This document shows, piece after piece, positions 53,383 to 63,446 of a DNA stretch of 64,000 bases. The translations under genes were made by a program, and so were the position numbers. This DNA comes from Gemmatimonas sp. GTDB taxonomy: Bacteria > Gemmatimonadota > Gemmatimonadetes > Gemmatimonadales > Gemmatimonadaceae. The notes beneath the pieces are model-generated. The model made no database searches. It saw only the letters and a program-made list of their open reading frames with translations, and had not been told where the DNA came from. The stretch is taken from contig OZ257156.1 in the NCBI GenBank assembly GCA_965279375.1, positions 462,383-526,382 on the forward strand. The letters run 5' to 3'. Within the stretch, counting starts at the first letter, position 1, and each line of letters begins with the position of its first letter.

Positions 53383-54255
53383 ATGAAGACCATGCGCAGC
53401 GCCTCTCGCCCGAACTCCCGCACGCTGCTGGTGATCTTGCTGGCCTCCGCATCCGCGGCAGTGCACGCCATGAGCCCGAGCGCGCTTGCGGCACAGCAAC
53501 CTCTGCGCTATGCGCAGACTTTCGCGGTACTCGGCGCGTCAACCGTCACGAACACGGGAGCGACAACACTGCTTGGCGATCTTGGTGTTTCCCCGGGTCA
53601 GAGCATCACGGGTCTCGGTACCATGTCGATCATCGGGACGGTGCACCAAGCCGACGGCGTCGCGGCACAGGCGCAGGCGGACGGCGGCGGCGGCGCGTTC
53701 AACCTGTTCGGCGGCCTCACCAGTACAGCGAACCTCTCCGGGCAGGACCTTGGCGGACTCGTGCTCACCCCCGGCGTCTACACGTTCAACAGCAGCGCAC
53801 AACTCACCGGTCAGCTCGTCCTCGACTTTCTTGGCGCGCCCGACGCGCGCTTCGTCTTTCAGATCGGCAGCGCGCTAACGACCGCGAGTAGCTCAGCGGT
53901 GACTGTGCGCAATGTCGGCGACGGAGGCGGCGTATACTGGCGGGTCGGAAGCTCTGCAACGCTCGGCAGTGGAAGCTTGTTTGTCGGCAACGTGATCGCG
54001 GACCAGAGCGTCACCGTCAGCACGAACACCACCGTCTGTGGACGTGTCATCGCGTTGCGCGGCGCGGTGACGCTCGACGCCGATCGCATATTCAACAGCT
54101 GCCACGCACAGTCCCTGTCCGGCATCGACGACGGCCGGAGCCTTGGCTTCTCCGGAGCTCGCGTTGCTGTCGTACCGGAGCCGTCAACGTATGCACTGAT
54201 GACCGCAGGTCTGGTGGCGCTGGCTATCGCTGCGCGTCGCCGCTCGCCGCGCTAG
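53383..54255 (+). CDS. DUF3494 (ice-binding-like beta-solenoid) protein with a PEP-CTERM sorting signal
   Basis: Signal peptide. [31 protein letters not shown] and repeated T/S/G-rich solenoid turns (DUF3494 pattern). The C-terminus [27 protein letters not shown] is a PEP-CTERM motif, a TM helix and a basic tail. Confidence 0.8.
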   Translation: MKTMRSASRPNSRTLLVILLASASAAVHAMSPSALAAQQPLRYAQTFAVLGASTVTNTGATTLLGDLGVSPGQSITGLGTMSIIGTVHQADGVAAQAQADGGGGAFNLFGGLTSTANLSGQDLGGLVLTPGVYTFNSSAQLTGQLVLDFLGAPDARFVFQIGSALTTASSSAVTVRNVGDGGGVYWRVGSSATLGSGSLFVGNVIADQSVTVSTNTTVCGRVIALRGAVTLDADRIFNSCHAQSLSGIDDGRSLGFSGARVAVVPEPSTYALMTAGLVALAIAARRRSPR

Positions 54256-55883
54256 TACCGCCAGCTCTTGAGATCCGCGCCCGCCGGTGCATTGGCTTCC
54301 ATCGTCTTCACCATCTTGGGCATCAGCTCTGGCATCCCTGGCCCCCAGCAGTGCGGTGCCATCGGCTGAAACACCGTCTCGCCCGTCCATTTGGGCGTCG
54401 TCGTCTTCTTGAGGAAGTCGTCCATCAGATGGACGCCCATGTTCAGGAAGTACGAGTCGGCGTCGCCCACGTAGATGTTCAGCTTGTTGGCCAGCTTGGG
54501 GCCGAGCGTGGCCCACTTGCTCTCGAGCAGGTAGCGGAGGTCGTAGTGCTCCTTCCAGTACTGCGCGACCTGATGATCGATGACACCCGTCTGCTTATTC
54601 CAGATCGGCATCGGGTAACCATCGGTTGCGACGGGACCGTAGGTCGCTTCCCAGATGTCCCACTGCCCACCGCCGCGCGTGTGGTCGCCGGAGACGAGCT
54701 CGTACCAGTTCTCGTCCTTCATCGTCGCGAGAATGTTGCCGTCGGGCTGACGACGTGTGGGTCGGTCGATCTTCATCCACCCGCGATTCAGAAAGTACGC
54801 GTTCGTGTCGGCGTAGACGTTGACGATCTGGTGGTAGCGGAAGTCCACGCCATCCGGGCAGAGCGACCAGACGCCCCCGTAGAAGTCGGGATAGAAGACC
54901 TGGTGCGCGAGTGAGATCCATCCGCCCGTTGAGCCGCCGGTGAGCAGGCGCGCCCACGGCTGTCCGATCGCGCGGAACTTCGATTCTACGGCAGGAATGA
55001 GCTCCTGCATGATTGCATCGCCGTACGGTCCGTTGTTCTCGGAGTTCACGCCGTACGAATCGTCGTAGTAGGGCGACGGATGCTGCAGCGTCGCGACGAT
55101 CATGCGCGGCGTGCCATCAGCGTTCCAGTACGGATCGCTCCCCACACGCGGCGCGCGCAGTGAGAAGTGCCCGTGATCGTAGACGATCGGGTACTTCGCG
55201 TCGGGATGTTTGTCGTAGTCCCTGGGGAGTAGCACCGTGGCACCGAGATACATCGGCTGTCCCCACCATTTGGTGAGAATTGTGCTCTGAATCTTGATGC
55301 GCTTGACGTTCTCCGTTTCGGGCGGAATCACGACCGGTGGAATCACCTTGTCCGCCACGAGCGTGATCGGCTTCGGCGATTTGGGATCGAAGGTGATCTT
55401 GACCGGTTCGCCGTAGATGTTGCCCGGCGACCGCTTCCAGTTCTGTCCTTCCCACTGATCGTTGTGGAGCCACACCGTGTGCCCATCGGCGCGCGCGAAC
55501 TTGGTGTACACGTTCACGAACGGCTGGACCCAGTACTCACCAGCGGGAATGTCGCGCAACGACTGCACCGGGTGTCCGAACGTGCCCGCATCGATGATCG
55601 CGGACTTGCCGGCCGCGAGCTGCTCGATGTTCACACCAAAGAGCGGCACACCCGTTTCACCCGACTGGGAAATGGGTGTGCGCTGTGCATCGCTGGTGCG
55701 GCTGATGGCGACGTAGACGCGCCCGGTGATCGGCGCAGCGTGCGCCGACGCCGCAAAGGCGATTTCGAAGCGAGGCCCTGACTTCGCGCCCGCCGTGCCC
55801 TGCGCCACTACCTCTCGCGCACCCAGCGACGACTGCCAACCGATCAGGGCGACGATCGCCGCTGAACGCGCGAGACTCCTCAT
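54252..55883 (-). CDS. Secreted hypothetical protein with an esterase-like (alpha/beta-hydrolase, 'putative esterase') C-terminal domain
   Basis: The ATG at 55883 overlaps the icd stop (ATGA). Signal ...[30 protein letters not shown] (GxSxG-type elbow). The function is not recognisable beyond the fold. Confidence 0.5.
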   Translation of the reverse strand: MRSLARSAAIVALIGWQSSLGAREVVAQGTAGAKSGPRFEIAFAASAHAAPITGRVYVAISRTSDAQRTPISQSGETGVPLFGVNIEQLAAGKSAIIDAGTFGHPVQSLRDIPAGEYWVQPFVNVYTKFARADGHTVWLHNDQWEGQNWKRSPGNIYGEPVKITFDPKSPKPITLVADKVIPPVVIPPETENVKRIKIQSTILTKWWGQPMYLGATVLLPRDYDKHPDAKYPIVYDHGHFSLRAPRVGSDPYWNADGTPRMIVATLQHPSPYYDDSYGVNSENNGPYGDAIMQELIPAVESKFRAIGQPWARLLTGGSTGGWISLAHQVFYPDFYGGVWSLCPDGVDFRYHQIVNVYADTNAYFLNRGWMKIDRPTRRQPDGNILATMKDENWYELVSGDHTRGGGQWDIWEATYGPVATDGYPMPIWNKQTGVIDHQVAQYWKEHYDLRYLLESKWATLGPKLANKLNIYVGDADSYFLNMGVHLMDDFLKKTTTPKWTGETVFQPMAPHCWGPGMPELMPKMVKTMEANAPAGADLKSWRY

Positions 55884-57097
55884 GCCATCTTCGCCTGCAA
55901 CCGACGATCGATCGCGTCGAGGAAATCTTCCGTCGACAACCACGGCGCCGTGCGGCTGATGAGCAGCGCGAGATCCTTCGTCATCTCGCCCGCTTCAACT
56001 GCCTCGATGCACACCGCTTCGAGCTTGTTGGCAAAATCCACCAACTCGGGCGTGCCATCCAGCTTGCCGCGATGCGCCAAGCCACGCGTCCACGCAAAGA
56101 TCGACGCGATCGGGTTGGTGCTCGTCTTGTTGCCCTTCTGATGCTCGCGGTAGTGACGCGTGACCGTGCCGTGCGCCGCTTCCGCTTCCATCGTTTTGCC
56201 ATCGGGCGTGAGCAGCACGCTGGTCATGAGGCCGAGCGAACCAAAGCCCTGCGCGACGATATCGGACTGCACGTCGCCATCGTAGTTCTTGCACGCCCAC
56301 ACGTAGCCGCCTTCCCACTTGAGTGCGGCCGCGACCATGTCGTCGATCAGGCGATGTTCGTAGGTGATGCCCTTGGCATCGAACTCGGCCTTGAACTCGT
56401 CGTTGAAGACCTGCTCGAAGATGTCCTTGAACTGGCCGTCGTAGGCCTTGAGGATCGTGTTCTTGGTGCTCAGGTACACGGGATAGTTGCGCTGCAGGCC
56501 GTAGGTGAGGCTGGCGCGCGCAAAATCGCGGATGGAATCGTTGAAGTTGTACATGCCCATCGCCACGCCGCCATCGTCACCAAACTTGGCGACCTGCATC
56601 TCCATCGGCGCGCTGCCATCGGCGGGCGTGTACGTGATGGTGACCGTGCCGGCGCCCGGTACCTTGAAGTCGGTCGCCTTGTACTGGTCGGCGTGCGCAT
56701 GACGGCCAATGACGATCGGCTTGGTCCATCCCGGCACGAGACGCGGGATGTTCGACATGATGATCGGCTCGCGGAAAATCACGCCGCCAAGAATGTTGCG
56801 AATCGTCCCGTTGGGGCTCTTCCACATCTTCTTGAGGTTGAACTCCTTCACGCGTGCTTCGTCCGGCGTGATCGTCGCACACTTCACCGCGACGCCATGC
56901 TTCTTCGTCGCTTCGGCCGAATCGATCGTGACCTGATCGTTCGTCGCGTCGCGATGCTCGATACCAAGGTCGTAGTAGTCCAGTTGGATATCGAGATACG
57001 GCAGGATCAACTTGTCCTTGATGAACTGCCAGATGATGCGCGTCATCTCGTCGCCGTCCATCTCGACGACCGGGTTCACTACCTTGATTTTGGCCAT
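55880..57097 (-). CDS. icd: NADP-dependent isocitrate dehydrogenase (homodimeric, subfamily II 'eukaryote-like' type)
   Basis: [36 protein letters not shown]...GTIRNILGG...DGDVQSD...[10 protein letters not shown]. Near-canonical IDH1/2-type sequence along the full 405 aa. Confidence 0.95.
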   Translation of the reverse strand: MAKIKVVNPVVEMDGDEMTRIIWQFIKDKLILPYLDIQLDYYDLGIEHRDATNDQVTIDSAEATKKHGVAVKCATITPDEARVKEFNLKKMWKSPNGTIRNILGGVIFREPIIMSNIPRLVPGWTKPIVIGRHAHADQYKATDFKVPGAGTVTITYTPADGSAPMEMQVAKFGDDGGVAMGMYNFNDSIRDFARASLTYGLQRNYPVYLSTKNTILKAYDGQFKDIFEQVFNDEFKAEFDAKGITYEHRLIDDMVAAALKWEGGYVWACKNYDGDVQSDIVAQGFGSLGLMTSVLLTPDGKTMEAEAAHGTVTRHYREHQKGNKTSTNPIASIFAWTRGLAHRGKLDGTPELVDFANKLEAVCIEAVEAGEMTKDLALLISRTAPWLSTEDFLDAIDRRLQAKMA

Positions 57098-57233
57098 GGC
57101 TTCGGTGGGTGCGTTGTCGCGCGAGGCCGTTGAGGAGGGCGCCGCGCGGGTGAGGTGGGAGTCCGTACACGTTAGCCGCTGGGCGCGGTGCGTCCAGTCG
57201 ATGTACCCATCCCGGTCAGTCGATCAAAACTGC

Positions 57234-57266
57234 CGATTTTATACTAGAGCTCGTTTCGCTTCAGCG
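57234..57266 (-). promoter_or_regulatory. AT-rich patch with a TATAAA(-10)-like box upstream of icd (weak promoter candidate)
   Basis: The minus strand reads gcgCTGAAGcgaaacgagctctagTATAAAatcgg. This is the most AT-rich stretch I noticed in the window. It lies about 140 nt upstream of the icd ATG and overlaps the stop of the upstream gene. The -35 match is poor. Confidence 0.25.
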
Positions 57267-59951
57267 CACCCCGAACCAAAAGCTGACCTTCGCCACCAGA
57301 ATGTTGTCGCCGGCGGCATGCGTGGCATCAAGCAGGTCGCGCGGAGAAATCAGCAGCCCCGTGCCTGTCGCATCCTGGCGGCTCTGCTGCCAGACGAGAA
57401 AGGCAGTGCTCCCTGGCAGCCACTCCCAGCGCAGCACGAGGTTGGAGCGGAATGACAGACGGTTGAAGTCGAGCGCGGGGATATTGAACCGGTCCGCACC
57501 GTCGGTCACGGCCGTGACACCGTTGGCCTGCTGTTGCGCGGTGGTTCCGGTTCCAGGGGCGCCGAACACCCGCAGTACCTTGCTACGAGGCGCCGACAGC
57601 TCGCCAAACTGGTAGAAATTCCCGCTGGCGGCGAACGGCTCTGCGTACCCCTCGACCGTGAAATTCGGAGTGAACGCATAGTTCAGTCGAAAGCGCGCCG
57701 ACAACGTGCTGCGCTCGATGAACGAAAAGACGTAGCGCTGCTTGAACGTCGCCGCGCTTCCTCCACCGCGCGTGAGCACGTACTGCCGCGGGTCCACCGC
57801 ACGCGAATACGTCGGATCGACGGACGCCTGCCAGCGCGACGCGGGACGCACGGTCAACCCAGTCGTCGCGCTCCAGTTCCATCCGCCAAAGTCGTCGCGA
57901 TAGTACGTGAACCGCGAGGACCACGTCGTCGGCACATTCGCTCGGCTCGTCAGACCGGCCGTGAACTGCTGCCCACTCGGCGTCGCAATCAGCGGTCCGC
58001 CACGTGTGAGATCATCGCTCTGCGATCCGACGTAGCGCGTCGCGCCAGCACTCACGCGCCAGAAGTTGTGTAGCGTCGCCGAAAAATTCTCCGAGAAGCG
58101 CAGGTACTGGCGAATGCCGCCGAAATTCCACCCCGCCTGCGTGGATGTGCCGAAGTTGAAGAAGCGCACATACTTGTTGGGCTTCGTATCGCGCAACTGC
58201 ACGTCGGCGTTGAAATCGATGTCGTCGGCGCTGCGCATCTGCCCAGCGTCGTTGATCTCGAAGCCCGGCGAGCGCGTCGAGAGCTGGATGCCGCCAAGCG
58301 AAAACCGTCCAGCGTTCTTGTCGAGCCGCAGCGACGTACTCATGCCGCGCAGCGTCGTGCGCAGTGAGTCGAAGCGAATGTGCGTCTGATCGGGGCGCTG
58401 GAAGAAGTGCGCACTGTTGCGCTGCAGGCGCGCGATGGCCGCCGGATCCCCCTCCACCGAGCTTCCGCCCAGCCAGCCGGTGATCTCGTACATCCCCTGC
58501 TTGTAGCGCAGCTTCCAATCCACCCCACCGGCCACCGCGCTGGACGGCAGCAGCTGCTGCAATGCACCACGTGCGTCGAGCGAGTGCTGCACGCCGGTCA
58601 GCGAGAGCCCCACGTTGGACTGCTGCTTGCCGAACTCCTGCTGCAAGCGCAGAACGGCGAACTGATTGGGAGGCTCGACAGCGGAACGTCCGACGGAGTC
58701 CGAGGCCAGCGTGTAGGTACGCGCAAACTCGCGTGGCGTGATGGCAGCGAGCGCACCGATCGAGAGCCCGCGCGAAAACCGTCCCGTGACCTTGGCCGCT
58801 GTGGTGATAGTGGTGTTGGTAGGCGCATCCACGAAGTCGCCACGCGCCGAGCCATGCGGTGAGGCGCCAATGCGACGACTGTAGAACCAGGTGGGACGCC
58901 CGATGAAGCTCTGGCCGCGCCCCGTCAGCAGCTCGTTCCCCTCGATGAAGAACGGTCGCCGCTCCTCGAAGACATTCTCGAATGCGGTGAGGTTGACGAC
59001 GGCAGGATCGGCTTCGACTTGCCCGAAGTCTGGATTGATCGTGGCGTCGAGCGTGAGGTTTGGCCCTAACCCAACCTTGAGATCGCCACCGATGCGGCCG
59101 TGATAGCGATCGCTGAACGGGTTGGCAGGATTCACATTCGCGCGCTGCGTCACGTCCGTCGCCAGGTACGGGAGCAGCTCCATGCGACGCGCCGGTGGAA
59201 TCCCTTCGATGCCGTCGAGTCGGCCGAACCTCGACGAGAATCCTGCGGCCGACACGGGAATCATTGCCCACTGCAAGCGTTCGGCGATGTCCGCCACGTT
59301 GCGCGTGAGCTGCATCCCCCACGTATGCATCGGCGCCGCATTGAAGCGCAGCTGTGAGAATGGAATGCGCATCTCTGCGGTCCATCCTTCCGCGTCCACG
59401 CGCGCGCGCGCGCTCCACACGGGATCGAACTGCAGTTCCCGGCCACTGTCTTCGCTGTCCTGCGAGTGATACGCGTCGCCGCGCACACCGCCTGAGGACA
59501 CCGTGAAGCTGTACGCCGTCCGTCGGTCGAGATACGTGTCGAGCGAGATGGTGATCGTCTCCGCGTCGCTGTCGCCGTCGCGACGAGTCACCGATGTGCG
59601 AATGGCGCTCGGATCGGGGCGATACATGCGCGCCCCCACATACACCGCGTCGTCATCGTACAGGATGCGGACCGAAGTACGCACACTCGGCGTGGCGCCT
59701 TCGATCGGGATCTTCTGCACGAAGTCTTCGATCGGCGTGGCCTTGGACCACGCCGCGTCATCAAGCACGCCGTCGATGCGCGGCGCACTGTTCGTGATGT
59801 GCGCGGCGCGTGCATGCTTTCCCGGAGCCTGCGCGGTCACGACGCGCGTCGTCGCGACCGAGAGCGCGGCCAGCAGTACAGCGGCGAGGTGTCCGGGCGG
59901 AGTCGACCGGAGCCGCGACTTGGGCGCGAACGGAAGCCTGAGCGAGAGCAT
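57261..59951 (-). CDS. DUF5916 / carbohydrate-binding-family-9-like domain outer-membrane-type protein
   Basis: ATG at 59951 (MLSLRLPFAPKSRL...LSVATTRVVTAQ). The N-terminal APRIDGVLDDAAWSKATPIEDFVQKIPIEGATPS..TSVRILYDDDAVYVGARM is a CBM9-like module. A long beta-rich region ends in an aromatic residue-rich terminus (VSFWFGVR). Confidence 0.65.
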   Translation of the reverse strand: MLSLRLPFAPKSRLRSTPPGHLAAVLLAALSVATTRVVTAQAPGKHARAAHITNSAPRIDGVLDDAAWSKATPIEDFVQKIPIEGATPSVRTSVRILYDDDAVYVGARMYRPDPSAIRTSVTRRDGDSDAETITISLDTYLDRRTAYSFTVSSGGVRGDAYHSQDSEDSGRELQFDPVWSARARVDAEGWTAEMRIPFSQLRFNAAPMHTWGMQLTRNVADIAERLQWAMIPVSAAGFSSRFGRLDGIEGIPPARRMELLPYLATDVTQRANVNPANPFSDRYHGRIGGDLKVGLGPNLTLDATINPDFGQVEADPAVVNLTAFENVFEERRPFFIEGNELLTGRGQSFIGRPTWFYSRRIGASPHGSARGDFVDAPTNTTITTAAKVTGRFSRGLSIGALAAITPREFARTYTLASDSVGRSAVEPPNQFAVLRLQQEFGKQQSNVGLSLTGVQHSLDARGALQQLLPSSAVAGGVDWKLRYKQGMYEITGWLGGSSVEGDPAAIARLQRNSAHFFQRPDQTHIRFDSLRTTLRGMSTSLRLDKNAGRFSLGGIQLSTRSPGFEINDAGQMRSADDIDFNADVQLRDTKPNKYVRFFNFGTSTQAGWNFGGIRQYLRFSENFSATLHNFWRVSAGATRYVGSQSDDLTRGGPLIATPSGQQFTAGLTSRANVPTTWSSRFTYYRDDFGGWNWSATTGLTVRPASRWQASVDPTYSRAVDPRQYVLTRGGGSAATFKQRYVFSFIERSTLSARFRLNYAFTPNFTVEGYAEPFAASGNFYQFGELSAPRSKVLRVFGAPGTGTTAQQQANGVTAVTDGADRFNIPALDFNRLSFRSNLVLRWEWLPGSTAFLVWQQSRQDATGTGLLISPRDLLDATHAAGDNILVAKVSFWFGVR

Positions 59952-59995
59952 GCGACAATCTAGCGCTACCCGTCGCGCCCGCTCGTTCACCGCGG

Positions 59996-61426
59996 CTAGA
60001 GCTGCCCGGTGGAGCCCCAATTGGCGAGCTGTCGCTGGTACGCGGGATCGTCGTAGCGCGCGAGCGCGAACGCTGGCGCATACGAGGGCAACACACCACC
60101 TGTGATCTGCGCAGCCAGCAGTTCGGCGGCAGCGGGTGCGGCCATCAGCCCAAAGCCGGAGAACGCTGCGCACACATACGCACCCTGCACGGAGAGTGGT
60201 CCGACGAGCGGACGATTCTCGATGGTCTTCGTGTAGTAGCCGCCATCCACGTAGCTGTGCGGCAGTGCGTCGAGATAGTGCGCGAGACCGGGCGCCAGCT
60301 GCACCAGGCCGCGCAGCGCCAGCTCGGGATAGAGCGGGTCATCCGGCAATGGCAGCACGGCCGCATCGTAGCGGTGCGTGCTGTGATAGTCCCAGAGCAT
60401 CAGCACGGTCTTGCTGCCGTGGTAACCCTCGGGGCGCATGTGAATGCCCGCCGGAAATGGCTCGGTGAGCCAGCGGGTGGCGTCGTCGGCGGCCAGCTCG
60501 TCACGGACATCATCCGGCCACTGGAGTGTCTGTGCGTCGTCGAGAATGACCAACCCTGTGTTGCGGTCCACGACCCCGTGCACGTCCTCGAACGCGACCT
60601 TGAGATGCAGCTCCGAGAAGAGCGGCAGCTCGACGCCCACGAGCGCGGCCACCTCGCGGGCGAATGGACCCGCCGCGTTCACGAATGTCTGCGTGCCCAT
60701 CAGCTCACGCGTGCCATTGGCGTGCTCGATCTCCACCGCACGCACTTCGTTCGCGACGACCTGTACCTGCGACACGCGCCCCGAAACGAATCGTACGCCG
60801 GCCGCTTTCGCCTGCTCCAACAGCATCATGCCGAACTGCTGACCACTGAACCAGCCGCACCGTCGTGCGTGCAACACGGCCACAATATTGTCGGCGAGGA
60901 ACGGAAAGTGCTCCTGGATCGCCTCCTGATCGAGAAACAGGTCGGCACCTTCCGGATGATCTGTGTAGCCGGTGTGCGCGCTTGGGCGATACGCCCGCGC
61001 CTCGCTGCGCGAGCGATACACGCGCACGCTCCCGGTGCCCTGCGACTCGGCCAGCACCGCATCCGCGGCGAACTGCGCGGCCTTGGCGGGATCGCTCGTC
61101 GTGTAGAGGTAGCCGCGTCGATTGAGCAGAAACCGATTGTCGTTGGCCGCGGCCAGCGCTTCGATCTTGTCGATGCTCCGGTTCATGAACCGCACCATCG
61201 CATCGTCCGGCCCGGGCCACCAATTGCGGTACGCTTCGGTGGACTTGTCGCTGGTGAGCGACATCGGCTCTCGCTCGTCCACCAGTACAACGTTGCGAAC
61301 GCCATGCGTGACCGCGAGTTCATGCGCGACGGCAATTCCCGCGATCCCTGCGCCGCAAATCACCACCTCCGCGCGTGCCGCTGCATTGTCCGCCAGCTCC
61401 ACGCCGATCGTCCCGTGCGAAGTCAT
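59996..61426 (-). CDS. FAD-dependent oxidoreductase (DAO family)
   Basis: EVVICGAGIAGIAVAHELA (GxGxxG) near the N-terminus. C-terminal AAFSGFGLMAAPAAAELLA is typical of DAO-family enzymes. Confidence 0.8.
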   Translation of the reverse strand: MTSHGTIGVELADNAAARAEVVICGAGIAGIAVAHELAVTHGVRNVVLVDEREPMSLTSDKSTEAYRNWWPGPDDAMVRFMNRSIDKIEALAAANDNRFLLNRRGYLYTTSDPAKAAQFAADAVLAESQGTGSVRVYRSRSEARAYRPSAHTGYTDHPEGADLFLDQEAIQEHFPFLADNIVAVLHARRCGWFSGQQFGMMLLEQAKAAGVRFVSGRVSQVQVVANEVRAVEIEHANGTRELMGTQTFVNAAGPFAREVAALVGVELPLFSELHLKVAFEDVHGVVDRNTGLVILDDAQTLQWPDDVRDELAADDATRWLTEPFPAGIHMRPEGYHGSKTVLMLWDYHSTHRYDAAVLPLPDDPLYPELALRGLVQLAPGLAHYLDALPHSYVDGGYYTKTIENRPLVGPLSVQGAYVCAAFSGFGLMAAPAAAELLAAQITGGVLPSYAPAFALARYDDPAYQRQLANWGSTGQL

Positions 61427-61436
61427 ATCAGGTTCG

Positions 61437-62948
61437 CTACGCCTTTGCGCTGATGTCCACGGCGATGCCTCGCCACTTGCCCTGATTGAACCGCATCACG
61501 CTCAGCGCGCAACGCGCCACATGCCCGGAGAGAATCGCGAGCCAGATGTGGATCGGCTGCAACGTAGCCGTCGAGCGAATGAAGAAGCAGATGCCGAGTG
61601 GAATCGCGACCTGCGAGATCAACGAGATGTAGAGCGGACTCTTGGTGTCGCCCGAGCCTTGCAGGCCGCCGGTGAACGTGATCCCCACCGAGATGAACAG
61701 TCCGGAAACACTGAGGACGCGCAACAGCTGCGTGCCGATCTCCACGACCGCCGGCTCGTTGAGCCCGAAGACCGCGAGTAGCTGTCGCGGCAGGAAGAAG
61801 TAGAAGACACCAAGTACCGATGCACCAGCGAGTCCGATGCGCGCTGCGACCCAGACAGCATCGCGCGCACGATCCGGCTGCCCAGCGCCGATGTTCTGCC
61901 CCACTACCGTTGCCGCTGCGCCAAGCAGGCCGACCGATGTCCAGGTGACGAAGGAGAAGAGCTGTCCGTATGACACGGCAAACGCCGCCTGCGCCGCCGC
62001 GCCCTGGGCGAGCGACCCGATGAACGACAGCATCAGCACGCCGCCCACGTTCATGGCGATGCCCTGGATGCCGGTCGGCAGCCCGAAGCGGAAGAGCGAC
62101 GCGATGATCGTCCAGTCCGGGCGAAGCGATTCGCCACGCGGGAAGGAGACCACCCAGCCTCCGCGAATGAGCTTGCTGAGCGCGTAGATCGCGACGATGC
62201 CTGACGCCATCGTGGTTCCCATCGCGGCTCCCTTGGTGCCGAACGCGGGAATGGGTCCGAGTCCACGAATGAGCACGACATTGAGCGCGATGTTGAGCAA
62301 TGTCATGCTGATGCCCAATCGCATCGGCGTCTTCGCATCACCGGCGGAACGCAATGCGCCGCCCAGCATGAAGAAGACAAGCATCCCGCTGCTGAAGAGG
62401 AACATGATGCGCAGAAACGGCAGCGCTTCCGCCTTCACCAACGGCTTCGCATTCACGAGATCGAGCAGGTACGGCGCCAACACGTACCCGATGGGCGCCA
62501 GCACGAATATCGACAGGCCGATCGCGGTGAGAAATGCCTGATAGACGGTGCGATCGACTTTGGCTTCCTCACCCGCGCCGGCAAAGCGTGCAACCAGCAC
62601 GCTCATGCCGGTGAACAGCGACGAGATGAACACGATGACGACGAGGAAGATCTGCCACGCGACACCGATCGCGGCGTTTCCGTTGAAGCCAACGAAGTGC
62701 CCGACCATCACATGGTCCACGATCCCCTGCAGCCCGCCGATGATATTGGTGAGCATCGTCGGAAACGCGATCTTCCACACCGCGGCCGGCAGTGGCCCTT
62801 CGATGATCGAGCGATCGTAGCGACGCTGCGCCGCAGTGTTGGTGCTCGTGCTTGCAGAGGCCAGCTTACTTCTCCGAAACGGTCTTGAGCGCGGCGAGTC
62901 CCTTCTCGAAGTCACCGCCGATGAGTGAGTCCATGCTGATGAAGACAC
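61437..62948 (-). CDS. MATE-family efflux transporter
   Basis: PAAVWKIAFPTMLTNIIGGLQGIVDHVMVGHFVG (MATE N-lobe motif) and about 12 TM segments. The start is uncertain: GTG 62948 or GTG 62915, both of which overlap the upstream SRPBCC gene. Confidence 0.85.
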   Translation of the reverse strand: MSSSAWTHSSAVTSRRDSPRSRPFRRSKLASASTSTNTAAQRRYDRSIIEGPLPAAVWKIAFPTMLTNIIGGLQGIVDHVMVGHFVGFNGNAAIGVAWQIFLVVIVFISSLFTGMSVLVARFAGAGEEAKVDRTVYQAFLTAIGLSIFVLAPIGYVLAPYLLDLVNAKPLVKAEALPFLRIMFLFSSGMLVFFMLGGALRSAGDAKTPMRLGISMTLLNIALNVVLIRGLGPIPAFGTKGAAMGTTMASGIVAIYALSKLIRGGWVVSFPRGESLRPDWTIIASLFRFGLPTGIQGIAMNVGGVLMLSFIGSLAQGAAAQAAFAVSYGQLFSFVTWTSVGLLGAAATVVGQNIGAGQPDRARDAVWVAARIGLAGASVLGVFYFFLPRQLLAVFGLNEPAVVEIGTQLLRVLSVSGLFISVGITFTGGLQGSGDTKSPLYISLISQVAIPLGICFFIRSTATLQPIHIWLAILSGHVARCALSVMRFNQGKWRGIAVDISAKA

Positions 62949-63393
62949 ACATGATCTTGGAGACGAAGGGCATCGGTCCCGTCATGGTCCACGTCACATT
63001 CGTCATGTCGCCACTGGGCACCATGTCGAAAGTCGTCGTGTTGTGCCCCTCGATGGGCGTGATGAAGTCCAACTTGATCGTCACCTTGGACGGTGCCGCC
63101 GCCTCGGTGATTCCCATGCGTCCCGAGCCGACGTCGGAGTTGCCGGTCCATTCGTAGACGGCGCCCGGACCGCTCGCCGGTCCGCTGTAGGTCGTCTTCA
63201 TCGCCGGATCGAGTTTGGCCCACGGCGACCATGCCTCCCAACCGTGGAAGTCGTTGATCTGGGCGAAGACCTTGTCCGGCGTGGCCTTGATGGACGTCGT
63301 TCGAACGACGGAGAACGTATCCGGCTGCCGCGTGGCAAGTCCCAGCACCACCGCAATAAGCAGGACGATTCCGATCGCGATCTTCTTGAGCAT
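62866..63393 (-). CDS. SRPBCC-superfamily (START/polyketide-cyclase-like) protein with an N-terminal membrane anchor
   Basis: MLKKIAIGIVLLIAVVLGLA (TM helix), then FSVVRTTSIKATPDKVFAQINDFHGWEAWSPW... is the typical SRPBCC ligand-binding fold pattern. Confidence 0.75.
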   Translation of the reverse strand: MLKKIAIGIVLLIAVVLGLATRQPDTFSVVRTTSIKATPDKVFAQINDFHGWEAWSPWAKLDPAMKTTYSGPASGPGAVYEWTGNSDVGSGRMGITEAAAPSKVTIKLDFITPIEGHNTTTFDMVPSGDMTNVTWTMTGPMPFVSKIMCVFISMDSLIGGDFEKGLAALKTVSEK

Positions 63394-63446
63394 CTGTACT
63401 CCGCGGCGGGAGGGAGGAGTGGGTGGAAGCGCGTGGTTGTTGCGTG

